Made by a program: the position numbers and the translations under genes. Below the pieces are notes generated by a model, which ran no database searches, had not been told where the DNA came from, and saw only the letters and a list, made by a program, of their open reading frames with translations. This document shows positions 20,246-29,897 of a stretch of DNA of 64,000 nucleotides, in pieces (positions within the stretch are counted from its first letter, which is position 1; the number at the start of each line of letters is the position of its first letter). Origin of the DNA: a virus; IMG/VR virus record IMGVR_UViG_3300045988_155525; one strand, 5' to 3'.

Positions 20246-20899
20246 TTAAAAATGAAAATCATCTTTAGCATTTATTAATACTGCCTTTATATGTTTTCTC
20301 ATCTGTGAAATTAAGTCATGTGATTTTTTATCCTTAGGTAATTCAAAAAATTCTATCAAATGTTCAATGGATAGTTTACCATGAGCTTTTTCTACCCTTT
20401 TTTGAAAAAATATAGGTGGGTCTAACTGTGTTACAAATAATAGATATTCATCTGGAGATAGGTGTTCTTTCATATATTCATGAAATTTTAGTGATTTATT
20501 TTCTTTATTCAATACCTCCTCTGAATCATCTAGTAATTCTTTATTATTATCAAACAAAGTTTCAAGAGAAACTAATTCTTGATTAAATTCTGAAGATTTA
20601 GAATAAGCATTTCTTAAAAGTTTATTTTTATAAGTCATTAGAGAACTTAATAGGGTAGCTTTTAATCTCTCATCTTCATAATCATCCTGGTATTTGTTAT
20701 ATACATATAAAAATTTATCCCAAAAGTAAGATTGAATAATGTCTGGTGATACATTATATCTTCTGTAATCTATACCCTTAGTAAGGTTTCTAATCAAAGG
20801 TTTACAGAGTTTATAAAATTTTTCAAACCTATCTTTATCATAATGTGTAAATTCTTTTATCCTATGAATTTCACACCCATAATTAACATTGTTGGCCAT
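20246..20899 (-). CDS. Sigma-70/ECF-like transcription factor (putative)
   Basis: Region-2-like FEKFYKLCKPLIRNL...SPDIIQSYFWDKF. Region-4-like C-terminus LSPDEYLLFVTQL...SIEHLIEFFELPKD..LISQMRKHIKAVL. Driven by a minus-strand copy of the TATATTTGCA promoter. Confidence 0.4.
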   Translation of the reverse strand: MANNVNYGCEIHRIKEFTHYDKDRFEKFYKLCKPLIRNLTKGIDYRRYNVSPDIIQSYFWDKFLYVYNKYQDDYEDERLKATLLSSLMTYKNKLLRNAYSKSSEFNQELVSLETLFDNNKELLDDSEEVLNKENKSLKFHEYMKEHLSPDEYLLFVTQLDPPIFFQKRVEKAHGKLSIEHLIEFFELPKDKKSHDLISQMRKHIKAVLINAKDDFHF

Positions 20900-20933
20900 A
20901 CCATAATATTTTTTAAAGTAATTTTTGTTTATG

Positions 20934-20941
20934 CAAATATA
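20934..20941 (-). promoter_or_regulatory. -7 promoter box TATATTTG (minus strand) for the sigma-like gene
   Basis: Reverse complement of 20905-20960 reads gataatatttatatatttgcataaacaaaaatt...attatggtatggcc. Confidence 0.6.
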
Positions 20942-21089
20942 TAAATATTATCTATTCTTGAGAAAAATTTATTTAATAATTTCACTCTGTATGTAAATAC
21001 TGTTTATGAAGTGTGTTATATGAGAACTAACTTCTGATATGAGAAGTTCTATTATTAACTATAATTTATTATAATTTTTTTACTTAAAA

Positions 21090-22538
21090 ATGAAAAAGAA
21101 GACAGGGTCTTTGGATAAGTTTAGTTTTTCCATAGAGTTTCAATTAGAAGTATTAAGATTTTTTATACAAAGTAAAGAATCTTTAATGGTTATATCAAAA
21201 ATAAAACCTGGATATTTTACCCTTATAGAACATGCCCTTATAATGGAAGGTTTGTTGAGATTTTATAAGAAATATCATAAAATACCGGGAGAACCATTAT
21301 TGATAGAATCTTGTAAAAACTTATTAGAAGGTAAGGATTATGTTAATTTAATTACCAAGGATGATATACCTAATCTAAATAAGATTATTAAGAACTTATA
21401 TGAATTCCCCTTGAAAGATGAGTCAATTATCCAAGAGAATATTTATAAGTTTTCTGCTTATATAGAGATGAAGTCCCTTAATGAAACCATGGATTTTTCA
21501 GATTTTAATCTCTATGAAGCTTATCAAAATAAAGTAGCTAAGATTATCCATAATTCAAAACCCATAAAAGATGAAGAACCATTGATGATGGTTAATGGTA
21601 CAGTTAGAAGGCAATTAATGAGAAAAATTGACCCAGATATAGTACCTACTCCATATTGGCAATTAAATAAATTATCTAATGCTAATGGTTATTCTAGAGG
21701 TAGTATATTCGTATTATTGGATAAACCGAAGGCTAAGAAAACCTTTGCTTTAATAAATATAGCAAGGGGATATCTTGCTATGAAAAAGAATGTACTGTAT
21801 ATAGATACAGAAAATGGTAAAAACCAGATAATGGAGAGGATGATTCAATCCACTCTAAATAAAACCAAAAAGGATATAATGTCTGGGGAGTTTGATAAGA
21901 TGGAACAGAAACATATGAGAAAATATAAGAGGTTGGGAGTAGAATTTATAGTAGAAAGATTACCAGCCTTAGTATCAGATGCAAATTCCATTAAGTTTTT
22001 GGTACAAAAATTAGAGAGTGAATTAGGTATAAAGGTAAATATATTAGTTATAGATTATGCAGCTAAATTGGCTTCAATAGCCAAGGATAAGGAAGATATA
22101 TCCCGTATAAATAATGTATATATAGAATTGGATAACTTGGGTTCAGAATTAAAATTAGATGCTATATGGACAGCCCAACATATAACTAGAGAGGGGGCAA
22201 GACATAAACCTACTAAGTATGAAGATAATGATATAGCTTCCTCCATATCCATAGTTAGGAATGCTCAATGTATATTAGGTTTGAATTCTACAGAAGAAGA
22301 GGAAGAACATAATATACAAAGATTAGAGGTAGTTGTTCAGAGGGATGGTAGACCAAGTGGTAGGTGTTTATTTAACATAGATGCAGATAGGCAAAGATGG
22401 AAAGAATTTTCTAAAGAAGCCAGAAGTAAGTATGATGAAACTCAAGGTAAAGTAGTTGATAGTTTAATTAAGAAGCATAGTAAATCTAACCCAGTTGCTG
22501 ATAAGAGTAAAGCTGGGAATAAAAGTGGTGATATATAA
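21090..22538 (+). CDS. DnaB-like replicative DNA helicase
   Basis: RecA-like C-terminal domain with Walker A LLDKPKAKKTFAL and Walker B ILVIDYAAKL. DnaB-like N-terminus FSIEFQLEVLRFF. Confidence 0.7.
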   Translation: MKKKTGSLDKFSFSIEFQLEVLRFFIQSKESLMVISKIKPGYFTLIEHALIMEGLLRFYKKYHKIPGEPLLIESCKNLLEGKDYVNLITKDDIPNLNKIIKNLYEFPLKDESIIQENIYKFSAYIEMKSLNETMDFSDFNLYEAYQNKVAKIIHNSKPIKDEEPLMMVNGTVRRQLMRKIDPDIVPTPYWQLNKLSNANGYSRGSIFVLLDKPKAKKTFALINIARGYLAMKKNVLYIDTENGKNQIMERMIQSTLNKTKKDIMSGEFDKMEQKHMRKYKRLGVEFIVERLPALVSDANSIKFLVQKLESELGIKVNILVIDYAAKLASIAKDKEDISRINNVYIELDNLGSELKLDAIWTAQHITREGARHKPTKYEDNDIASSISIVRNAQCILGLNSTEEEEEHNIQRLEVVVQRDGRPSGRCLFNIDADRQRWKEFSKEARSKYDETQGKVVDSLIKKHSKSNPVADKSKAGNKSGDI

Positions 22539-22541
22539 CAT

Positions 22542-23501
22542 ATGGCTACAAAATTAACTAATAACTTCAAAGGTAAGTTACATCAATATTTCATTCTAAA
22601 GATAAAGGCTTATGATTATAGGAATGGGTGGATGAAGTCTAAATGCCCATATTGTGGTAGAGAAGGTAAATTTGGTATAAATTTGTTCATGAATAGAACT
22701 AATTGTTTTGTGTGTGGTAATCACCCATCCCCTATGCAATTAGTTATGTATTTAGAAAATGTTGACACATATAATGAAGTAATAAATATACTAAATTCTT
22801 CTAAATATGAGGGCTTTATATTTAAAGAAGAGAAAATAGAGTTACATGAACAAAAAGAGATATTCTTACCAGATGGTTTCAAATCTTTATTGGTAGGTAA
22901 TTCTATATTAGCAAAATCAGCCAGAAATTATGTTAAGAATAGAGGTTTTGATATAAGTAAAGTTGCTATGGCTGGTTGGGGGTATGGAACTAAAGGTAAA
23001 TATTTTGGCTACTTAATTATACCTTTTTATGAACATGGAAAACTTATATATTACAATGCTAGATTATTTATAGGTAATGGTCCAAAATATAATAATCCAG
23101 AAGTTTCTAATACCGGGTTAGGAAAATCCTTTATTATATATAATAAAGACGCTCTTTATATTTACAGGACAGTTTATATATGTGAAGGAGCTATAAATGC
23201 TGAAACTATAGGAGAGAGAGGGATAGCTTCTGGAGGTAAAGCTATATCTAGGTATCAGATTAATGAAATCATAAAATCCCCAGTTGAGAGAGTTATAATT
23301 CTATTTGACCCAGATGCTAAAGATAGGGCTATAGATTTAGCTTTTAAACTCATTAATTTCAAAAAAGTAAAGGTTATATTTTTACCAGAGGGTAAAGATG
23401 TAAATGATATTGGTAGAAAAGAAACCATGAAATTAGTATATAATTCACATTATCTCACCTATTCACAACTATTAAAATTAAAGACAGATTTGAAATTGTA
23501 A
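22542..23501 (+). CDS. DNA primase (zinc ribbon + Toprim)
   Basis: CPYCGREGKF...CFVCGNH. Toprim motifs YICEGAINAETI and ILFDPDAKDRA. Confidence 0.75.
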   Translation: MATKLTNNFKGKLHQYFILKIKAYDYRNGWMKSKCPYCGREGKFGINLFMNRTNCFVCGNHPSPMQLVMYLENVDTYNEVINILNSSKYEGFIFKEEKIELHEQKEIFLPDGFKSLLVGNSILAKSARNYVKNRGFDISKVAMAGWGYGTKGKYFGYLIIPFYEHGKLIYYNARLFIGNGPKYNNPEVSNTGLGKSFIIYNKDALYIYRTVYICEGAINAETIGERGIASGGKAISRYQINEIIKSPVERVIILFDPDAKDRAIDLAFKLINFKKVKVIFLPEGKDVNDIGRKETMKLVYNSHYLTYSQLLKLKTDLKL

Positions 23502-23502
23502 G

Positions 23503-24345
23503 ATGAGATTACCAGGGATACATATAAGTATAGATACTTTTAAAGAGATAATTAATAAATTGGATATCAATATATCTGATAAACAGATTATGGATATATT
23601 TAAGATGGCTAGGGGGTATTCCTTTGACCATCGTTCTGTTATAATTAATCAAAATAAGAAACTTACTAACCAGGTAGTAAGTAGGGTAAAATCTTCTACT
23701 AGAGATGCTAACCTATTAGCTGATATAATATATTCAGTTAGGACAAAAATGAAACATGTGGGGGTATTTAAAATAAAACAAACAGATACACAGTGGACTC
23801 ATATAAAAGAGTTGGTACCCATTATAAATGATTTTTGTAATAAATATGATTTGAATAAACGGGAGGGGTATATATGTTTTGTTGAAACTGGTCTAAAACT
23901 TTTAGCTTCTACCAAAAGAGCTAATTTTAATTTTTGTGTTAGTTGGATGTTACAAAAGGTGGATTGGATTTTAAAGGTGTATGACATAGAAAATTTAATA
24001 GCTAAGGATAAATATCCTCAAGAAACTAGGGAGGTACATGATATATATGTAAATAGGATATTAGAAATGACTGGTATCCCTAATAATTATATTAATAATT
24101 CTTCGGATTATTTTAATTTCCTGAAGGCTAGAGAATTGGCAGATAAATTAGGTGTGGATTATGAAACTTTTATAGAATCTCAATTTGAAGCCTTAGCTTT
24201 TTGTAATGGAATCCCTAATATATCTGATTTATGGGGAGATAAGGCATCCCAAAGATTGTCTCAATATGTATTTAAAAATGGTTTAACTTTGACACCTGAA
24301 TCCAAGAAGGTAACTAAGGATATTTGGGAAGATTTTAAAAAGTAG
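23503..24345 (+). CDS. Hypothetical protein (replication module)
   Basis: ORF track, tightly packed. No motif recognised. Confidence 0.45.
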   Translation: MRLPGIHISIDTFKEIINKLDINISDKQIMDIFKMARGYSFDHRSVIINQNKKLTNQVVSRVKSSTRDANLLADIIYSVRTKMKHVGVFKIKQTDTQWTHIKELVPIINDFCNKYDLNKREGYICFVETGLKLLASTKRANFNFCVSWMLQKVDWILKVYDIENLIAKDKYPQETREVHDIYVNRILEMTGIPNNYINNSSDYFNFLKARELADKLGVDYETFIESQFEALAFCNGIPNISDLWGDKASQRLSQYVFKNGLTLTPESKKVTKDIWEDFKK

Positions 24346-24350
24346 AAAAA

Positions 24351-24527
24351 ATGATTACCCTATCAAAAAAAGAATTAATAGGTTTACTTGAAGATTTTCT
24401 AGTTGAGAATAATTTGTGGGATGAATTTTATGATTTTTGTGTATACAGAAAGAATATTGATTTTGATTCCACAGGGTTGGTTGAACCCATAAAAATTAGT
24501 TTACCATATGATGATAATAACAATTAA
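24351..24527 (+). CDS. Small hypothetical protein (58 aa, below the track threshold)
   Basis: Hand translation gives MITLSKKELIGLLEDFLVENNLWDEFYDFCVYRKNIDFDSTGLVEPIKISLPYDDNNN*. It fills an otherwise empty gap. Confidence 0.35.
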   Translation: MITLSKKELIGLLEDFLVENNLWDEFYDFCVYRKNIDFDSTGLVEPIKISLPYDDNNN

Positions 24528-26004
24528 GAATGCTAATCAATGTGAAGTTGATGGGCCATTAAAAGTAGTCCATAAACTGTATAATGAGTTTAAGATAAAA
24601 CATCCAAATGCTTGGCATATACAAATGTATCAAAGGGGTAATAATAAATGGGATGGTTATATAAAGTACATAAATGATTATGGTATATTTAGGATTGGAT
24701 TATTACCTAAAGTATATGAAACTTTAATATCCTGGGGTGAAGAAGTTAAAATAATTGATAGAAGACCTAAATTGAGTATAGAGCCAAATATACCTAAATC
24801 TCTTGGTTCTATAGATTTATACCCAAGACAGATTGAAGCCTTGAATAATTTATTGAATAATAAAGTTGGAGGTACCCCATTTTTAATATGTGTAGGAGAT
24901 TACGCAGTAGGTTTTGGTAAATCTTTACTATTCTGTGCTATCCATGAATCATTTCATAGACAAATTCCAACTATATTGTTATTAAACGATTCTGATTTAT
25001 TTGACCAGTTTAAAAGAGAGATTCCACCATTACTACCCAATGAGAATATTGCTTTCATAAGAGGAGGTAAAGTATCTAGTTGGGGTAATTTTAATGTAGC
25101 TATGGTTCAATCTGTATCTCAGAATTTAAATAAGTATGCCTATGAGTTAAGTAAAATTGGTATAGTTTTAATTGATGAAGCCGATATTATAGATAATAAA
25201 ACTTATAAATCAGTAATAGAACACTTATATAATACCAAGGTAAGAATAGGATTAAGTGGTACCATATATATGGATAATTCCAAGAAAAATATGGTACATA
25301 ATATGAATATAATGCAGTTTATAGGCAATAAAGTAGACCAAGTAAAGTTATCAGACCAGATAAAAAATAAGAAAGCTACCCCTGTAGTAGTAAAGATGGT
25401 TGTTTCTCATATAGAACCTAAAAAGAAAGTAACTACATATTTAGAAGAATATGAGAGTATTATTAGTAATAATATTGAAGCGTATAAGATTAGTTTTACT
25501 AGGACACAATATAATATTAAGTATGGTAGACTTCCAGCATTAATTGTTACTAAGCATATAAATCATTGTGAAAACCTTTATAAATATTATAAAGAAAGGA
25601 GTGATGAATTGGGACTGGGATTTAGTATAGCTTATGTACATCATAAAACACCTAATAGAGAAAAAATATTAAATGATTTTAGAAATGGTAATATAGATAT
25701 ACTTATATCCACAACCATAATTTCTAGAGGGAAGAATTTCCCAGATTTAAGATATCTACAAAATACTGCTTGTATGGATTCCAATGAAAAATCTATACAA
25801 ATATTGGGTAGGTTAGTAAGACAATCTTCATCTAAAAACAAAGCTTATCTTGACGATATAGTATTCCCAGGTCACTATTTATTAAGACATAGCAAACATA
25901 GAAAGATATACTATCAAAGAGAGAATCTAAAGGTTATTTTAGTTGATGGTATAAAGAATAGGAAAACTAAGTCATTTAATAAAGTAGAAAGCCATGAAAA
26001 ATAA
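24508..26004 (+). CDS. SF2 (DEAD/DEAH-like) DNA helicase, UvsW-like
   Basis: Motif I GDYAVGFGKS, motif II VLIDEADII, LSGT, motif VI QILGRLVRQ. Confidence 0.7.
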   Translation: MMIITIKNANQCEVDGPLKVVHKLYNEFKIKHPNAWHIQMYQRGNNKWDGYIKYINDYGIFRIGLLPKVYETLISWGEEVKIIDRRPKLSIEPNIPKSLGSIDLYPRQIEALNNLLNNKVGGTPFLICVGDYAVGFGKSLLFCAIHESFHRQIPTILLLNDSDLFDQFKREIPPLLPNENIAFIRGGKVSSWGNFNVAMVQSVSQNLNKYAYELSKIGIVLIDEADIIDNKTYKSVIEHLYNTKVRIGLSGTIYMDNSKKNMVHNMNIMQFIGNKVDQVKLSDQIKNKKATPVVVKMVVSHIEPKKKVTTYLEEYESIISNNIEAYKISFTRTQYNIKYGRLPALIVTKHINHCENLYKYYKERSDELGLGFSIAYVHHKTPNREKILNDFRNGNIDILISTTIISRGKNFPDLRYLQNTACMDSNEKSIQILGRLVRQSSSKNKAYLDDIVFPGHYLLRHSKHRKIYYQRENLKVILVDGIKNRKTKSFNKVESHEK

Positions 26005-26161
26005 AAGGGTTAAAAAATCAGACAATAAGGAGAAGATGTTTAAACAAGGGAAATCTAATGCTTGGCATTATACCGATAGGTACTTTGACCCAGAAGATTA
26101 TAAAGAATTTGAGGAAAAGTATGGGGTACTAAGTCATTTCTCACTTCCTTTAAAAAAGTAA
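25994..26161 (+). CDS. Small basic hypothetical protein (55 aa)
   Basis: Hand translation gives MKNKRVKKSDNKEKMFKQGKSNAWHYTDRYFDPEDYKEFEEKYGVLSHFSLPLKK*. The ATG overlaps the helicase stop. Confidence 0.3.
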   Translation: MKNKRVKKSDNKEKMFKQGKSNAWHYTDRYFDPEDYKEFEEKYGVLSHFSLPLKK

Positions 26162-26229
26162 GTTTAGAGTGATTAATGTACATAATAAATAAAGAATATA
26201 CAATTTATTATCAATAAATTGAAGTTGAT

Positions 26230-26628
26230 ATGCCTCGTAAAAAACAAGAATTACCTGATTTAAGTAAAACTAATATACTTAAACCAATTACATTAGATAT
26301 GATAGGTTCTAATGGTGACCCATGTTTTGGTAAGAATTATGATTTATCTACCGAAGAATGTAAAATATGTGGAGATTCAGAATTATGTTGTATTAAGTTT
26401 TCTAATTCTCTTGGTAAAACTAGAAAGGAGTTAGAGAAAGAGAATATCTATAAAGATTTAGATATCTTAATAGATAAAACTGCAGCTAAAAAAATGTTTA
26501 GAACTTTAAAACGTAAAGGTGAGGATAAAAAATCTATAATAGATAAATTACAAAAGAAATTTGAGTTAACCAGACAAGAAACTAGGCTTTTATATAAAGA
26601 ATTTTCAAATAAAAGTACCACTAAATAA
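26230..26628 (+). CDS. Hypothetical Cys-cluster protein
   Basis: DPCFGKNYDLSTEECKICGDSELCC suggests a possible zinc-binding element. Confidence 0.4.
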   Translation: MPRKKQELPDLSKTNILKPITLDMIGSNGDPCFGKNYDLSTEECKICGDSELCCIKFSNSLGKTRKELEKENIYKDLDILIDKTAAKKMFRTLKRKGEDKKSIIDKLQKKFELTRQETRLLYKEFSNKSTTK

Positions 26629-26638
26629 TATATCCATT

Positions 26639-27160
26639 ATGTCAAATTTATTATTTACAAAAGTAAGGAATGTTAAGGCTCCAGAAAGAGCCCATATAGA
26701 GGATGCTGGTATAGATTTTTTTGTACCAGAATTTGATTATAACTTTCTTAAGGATTTTGAAAATAAGAACAGATTAACTACTAAATCGGGTATTATAAAT
26801 TCTACTGAGATTTTGGTAGCTCCCCATGATAGAGTATTGATACCTAGTGGTATAAGGGTAATACTACATCCAGGTTCGGCTTTAGTTGCCTTAAATAAAT
26901 CTGGGGTAGCCACTAAAAAGGGTTTGTTGGTAACTGCACAGTTAATAGACCCACAATATACTGGGGAAGTACATATAGGGGTATATAACTCAGGTGATGA
27001 TAGTCAGATTATAAATTGTGGAGAAAAATTAGTACAGTTTATCCATATACCAATTTTTAGTTCAATACCCGAAGAGTTAGGTTTTGAAATATATGAACAA
27101 TATATTTCAAAAATGGGTTCGGATAGAGGAGATAATGGGTTTGGTTCAACTAATAAATAA
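26639..27160 (+). CDS. dut: Trimeric dUTP pyrophosphatase
   Basis: AGIDFF, SGIRVIL, GLLVTAQLIDPQYTGEVHIGVYN and DRGDNGFGST are the classic dUTPase motifs. Confidence 0.85.
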   Translation: MSNLLFTKVRNVKAPERAHIEDAGIDFFVPEFDYNFLKDFENKNRLTTKSGIINSTEILVAPHDRVLIPSGIRVILHPGSALVALNKSGVATKKGLLVTAQLIDPQYTGEVHIGVYNSGDDSQIINCGEKLVQFIHIPIFSSIPEELGFEIYEQYISKMGSDRGDNGFGSTNK

Positions 27161-27170
27161 AGTATAACAT

Positions 27171-28109
27171 ATGGATTCTAGAGATATAAAAGAGGAACCT
27201 AAACCAATTGCTGATTCCAAATATTTAGAAACTTTATATGGTTTACAAAAAGAACTTTTGGATAATTATATAAAGATTGAGGGGTTACCCATGTATCCAT
27301 TGGATATAAATACCAAAAAGTCTCAAATAATATTAAAGGATTTTGTGGGTAGGGTAATTGAGGAATTAGCTGAAGGTTATGAATCCCTATTAGCCGTAGA
27401 TGAGTTAACTCAAAAAAATGAGTTATGGGTAAATGAGATAAATGAAGTAGATTATATACAGACTTTAAATCATTTACAGAATGCAGGTGAAGAGATTGCT
27501 GATTCTCTTCATTTTATGTTAGAGTTACTGATATACTCTAATATCCAACCTAAGGACATAGATGATTTCATAGAAAAATACATTAAATATCAACACCACC
27601 CTATTACTACTAATGGTAGTGAAGTAAAAGAGTATTGGTATCAACTTTCAGAACAAAATATCTTAAGGAAGGCTATAGTAGTTGGTACCAATATGATGTA
27701 TGATAAGTTACCCATAGACTTAGAAAGTAACTTAAAGAAAACAGTAGATTTGGTACAAGATATAATTGATGATTATGAGGATTCCTATGAATTTATACAT
27801 AAGCATGTATTAGATATAAGGTATCTAAGTTGCGGTAGATATTATAGTCATGAGTTATATTACTCCTATAAGTATATGTTATGGGAAGTAACATATTGGT
27901 TGAATATAGCTAGGAACTTCTTAAAAAATAAGCCATGGAAACAATCTCAAATGATGACTAATGAATCTGGATATCAAGAAGCTATAATTATGGCCTTCTT
28001 AAGTATGATGGGATTATTCTTTAATTTAGGCTTAGTAGATTCTGATATATATTTCTTGTATTGGAAGAAAAATAAGGTAAATCAGTTCAGGATAAAATCT
28101 AATTATTAA
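27171..28109 (+). CDS. All-alpha NTP pyrophosphohydrolase (MazG / dimeric dUTPase / T4 gp56 dCTPase-like)
   Basis: LQKELLDNY..., acidic metal-binding helices RVIEELAEGYE and GEEIADSLHFMLELLIY, then NKPWKQSQ (the K-x-W-K signature region of dimeric dUTPases). Confidence 0.5.
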   Translation: MDSRDIKEEPKPIADSKYLETLYGLQKELLDNYIKIEGLPMYPLDINTKKSQIILKDFVGRVIEELAEGYESLLAVDELTQKNELWVNEINEVDYIQTLNHLQNAGEEIADSLHFMLELLIYSNIQPKDIDDFIEKYIKYQHHPITTNGSEVKEYWYQLSEQNILRKAIVVGTNMMYDKLPIDLESNLKKTVDLVQDIIDDYEDSYEFIHKHVLDIRYLSCGRYYSHELYYSYKYMLWEVTYWLNIARNFLKNKPWKQSQMMTNESGYQEAIIMAFLSMMGLFFNLGLVDSDIYFLYWKKNKVNQFRIKSNY

Positions 28110-28112
28110 TAG

Positions 28113-29081
28113 GTGATGGAGCAGTATTTAAATTTATTAGATAAGGTAACTAACCATGGTTATTATAAACCTTCTGCCAGGAAAGGTATGCCAGGTACTT
28201 ATGAAGTATTTGGTGAAATGTTAAGGTTTGATTTAACTGAAAATTTCCCCATATTAACAACTAAAAAAGTATACTTTAAAGGAGTAGTAGCTGAGTTACT
28301 TTGGTTTTTAAAGGGTAAAACTAATATCCATTACCTTTTAAAAAATAATGTACACATATGGGATGATGATGCCTATAAATATTATCTAAGGTTATGTAAA
28401 TACCGAGGTATAGAAGAAGAATATTCTAAAGAAAGGTTTATTAAGATGATAGAATCCTGTGATATTTGTATAACAGGATTAACAGGATTAGAAACTAATA
28501 TACCATTAATTGATGGTTCTTTTTACCATTATGGGGATTTAGGTTTTTCATATGGGCATCAATGGACTTATTGGGAACATAGCTTAAATCAGTTAGAACA
28601 GTTAATAGATGGTCTTATCGAAAGACCTAATTCTAGGTATCATGTAGTAACAGCTTGGAACCCTAATCAAATATTTCCCCTAGAAGTAGCAGTACCCCCA
28701 TGTCATATACTATTCCAATGTAATGTACGTAATAATAAGTATTTGGACTTAATAGTAACTCAACGTTCCTGTGATATATTTTTAGGGCTTCCATTTAATA
28801 TATCCTCTTATGCTTTATTAAACCATCTTATTTGTAGGCTTACTGGATATGAGCCAGGGGAATTAATATGGGTGGGTAACTCCATACATTTATATGAGAA
28901 TCATATAGAGGCTGCAAAAGAGCAACTAAAAAGGAAACCACTTAATAATACGGCTATAGTTAAACTTAAAGAAGAAACCTGTAAATACAAAAATTTATGG
29001 GATTTTGAAGTAAGTGATATCATACTAGAAGGATACCAATCCTTAGAATCAATTAAAGCTCCTTTATCGGTGGGTATTTAA
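28113..29081 (+). CDS. thyA: Thymidylate synthase (ThyA)
   Basis: Collinear with E. coli ThyA as recalled: MEQYLNLLDKV, FPILTTKK, AELLWFLKG.TN, GDLGFSYGHQW, PPCHILFQ, TQRSCDIFLGLPFNISSYALL, HLYENH. Confidence 0.85.
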   Translation: MMEQYLNLLDKVTNHGYYKPSARKGMPGTYEVFGEMLRFDLTENFPILTTKKVYFKGVVAELLWFLKGKTNIHYLLKNNVHIWDDDAYKYYLRLCKYRGIEEEYSKERFIKMIESCDICITGLTGLETNIPLIDGSFYHYGDLGFSYGHQWTYWEHSLNQLEQLIDGLIERPNSRYHVVTAWNPNQIFPLEVAVPPCHILFQCNVRNNKYLDLIVTQRSCDIFLGLPFNISSYALLNHLICRLTGYEPGELIWVGNSIHLYENHIEAAKEQLKRKPLNNTAIVKLKEETCKYKNLWDFEVSDIILEGYQSLESIKAPLSVGI

Positions 29082-29087
29082 TAAGGT

Positions 29088-29849
29088 ATGAGAAAGAAGA
29101 TTTTTAATGATTCCTTAGAAGCCTGGGAGAAAATAAATGAGGCTTTTATAAAAGGAGAAAAAGGTTGGGATATTATTATAAAAAATAAGGCTCTGTATTT
29201 ATATGATTTAGTAATTGAGGTAGCTAATCCAAGGCTACCTCAAAATTTTGATTTTGGAAGACATTTTAACTATACCATATCCAAATGGAATAATCTAATA
29301 GGTAATTATATTAATAAACCAGATTTACAAAAAGTAAAATCCTGGGTATCTAAAGAAGAAGAGAAAAATAATAAGGTATATAATATACCATTATCATTTG
29401 ATAATAAACATGGTCATGGTAAGAGTTGTTTATTATCTATGGTATTTTCTAGAAGAATGGGTGATGTATTACCTTCAGTAGTGGTATTTTTGAGAGCTTC
29501 TGAAATTACTAAAAGATTGATATGTGACTTATTATTATTTCAAAGGGTAGGTGAATATATTTATGGAGAAGATGATTTTAAATTAGTTATCCATTTCAAC
29601 CAGGTATTTAATGATGATACTGTATTATTAATGTATGATGTACATCGTGATATCAAGAGTATATTGGGTTCAGTAACTAACAGTGATAGAAAAAGGTATC
29701 TATTAGAAAGGTTAGAATATTTAAAGAGTTGTAATCCAGATGATATTAAGTATAAGGTACATAAAAGAGCTCTTAAAGTATTGAGACCAGATTTATTTAA
29801 ATACCCAAAGACACTAGTTAGAGATTGTAAGTTACATATTACAGAATAG
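29088..29849 (+). CDS. Hypothetical protein, possibly a very divergent ThyA-fold paralogue
   Basis: Weak pattern only: GKSCLLSMVFSRR...VVVFLRASEITKRLICDLLLFQRVGEYI...LVIHFNQVF, compared with PC..QF...QRS.D...N...L...H.Y. Confidence 0.3.
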   Translation: MRKKIFNDSLEAWEKINEAFIKGEKGWDIIIKNKALYLYDLVIEVANPRLPQNFDFGRHFNYTISKWNNLIGNYINKPDLQKVKSWVSKEEEKNNKVYNIPLSFDNKHGHGKSCLLSMVFSRRMGDVLPSVVVFLRASEITKRLICDLLLFQRVGEYIYGEDDFKLVIHFNQVFNDDTVLLMYDVHRDIKSILGSVTNSDRKRYLLERLEYLKSCNPDDIKYKVHKRALKVLRPDLFKYPKTLVRDCKLHITE

Positions 29850-29897
29850 ATAAATATACTAACTTTTTTTTATTAAAACCATTAAACATTTAAAAAC

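Noticed and set aside
21021-21050. Small hairpin/direct repeat (atatgagaa x2; aacttc/gaagtt) upstream of the helicase gene
   Set aside because: It has only 6 bp of pairing and short repeats, within what is expected by chance in AT-rich DNA. Not reported as a feature.
15735-25841. Antisense or embedded ORFs 15735-15935, 19284-19529, 19549-19839, 22055-22252, 23799-23987 and 25641-25841 (-)
   Set aside because: They overlap well-supported + strand genes (gpW, membrane protein/amidase, helicase, helicase). They are short, hydrophobic or low-complexity mirror frames.
28113-29081. Possible intron or intein in thyA, because of an extra ~50 residues (YKYYLRLCKYRGIEEEYSKERFIKMIESCDICITGLTGLETNIPLIDGSFYHY)
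   Set aside because: The reading frame is continuous with no Hint-domain or splice motifs. Some bacterial ThyA proteins, such as the Lactobacillus casei type, carry an insert at this same position.
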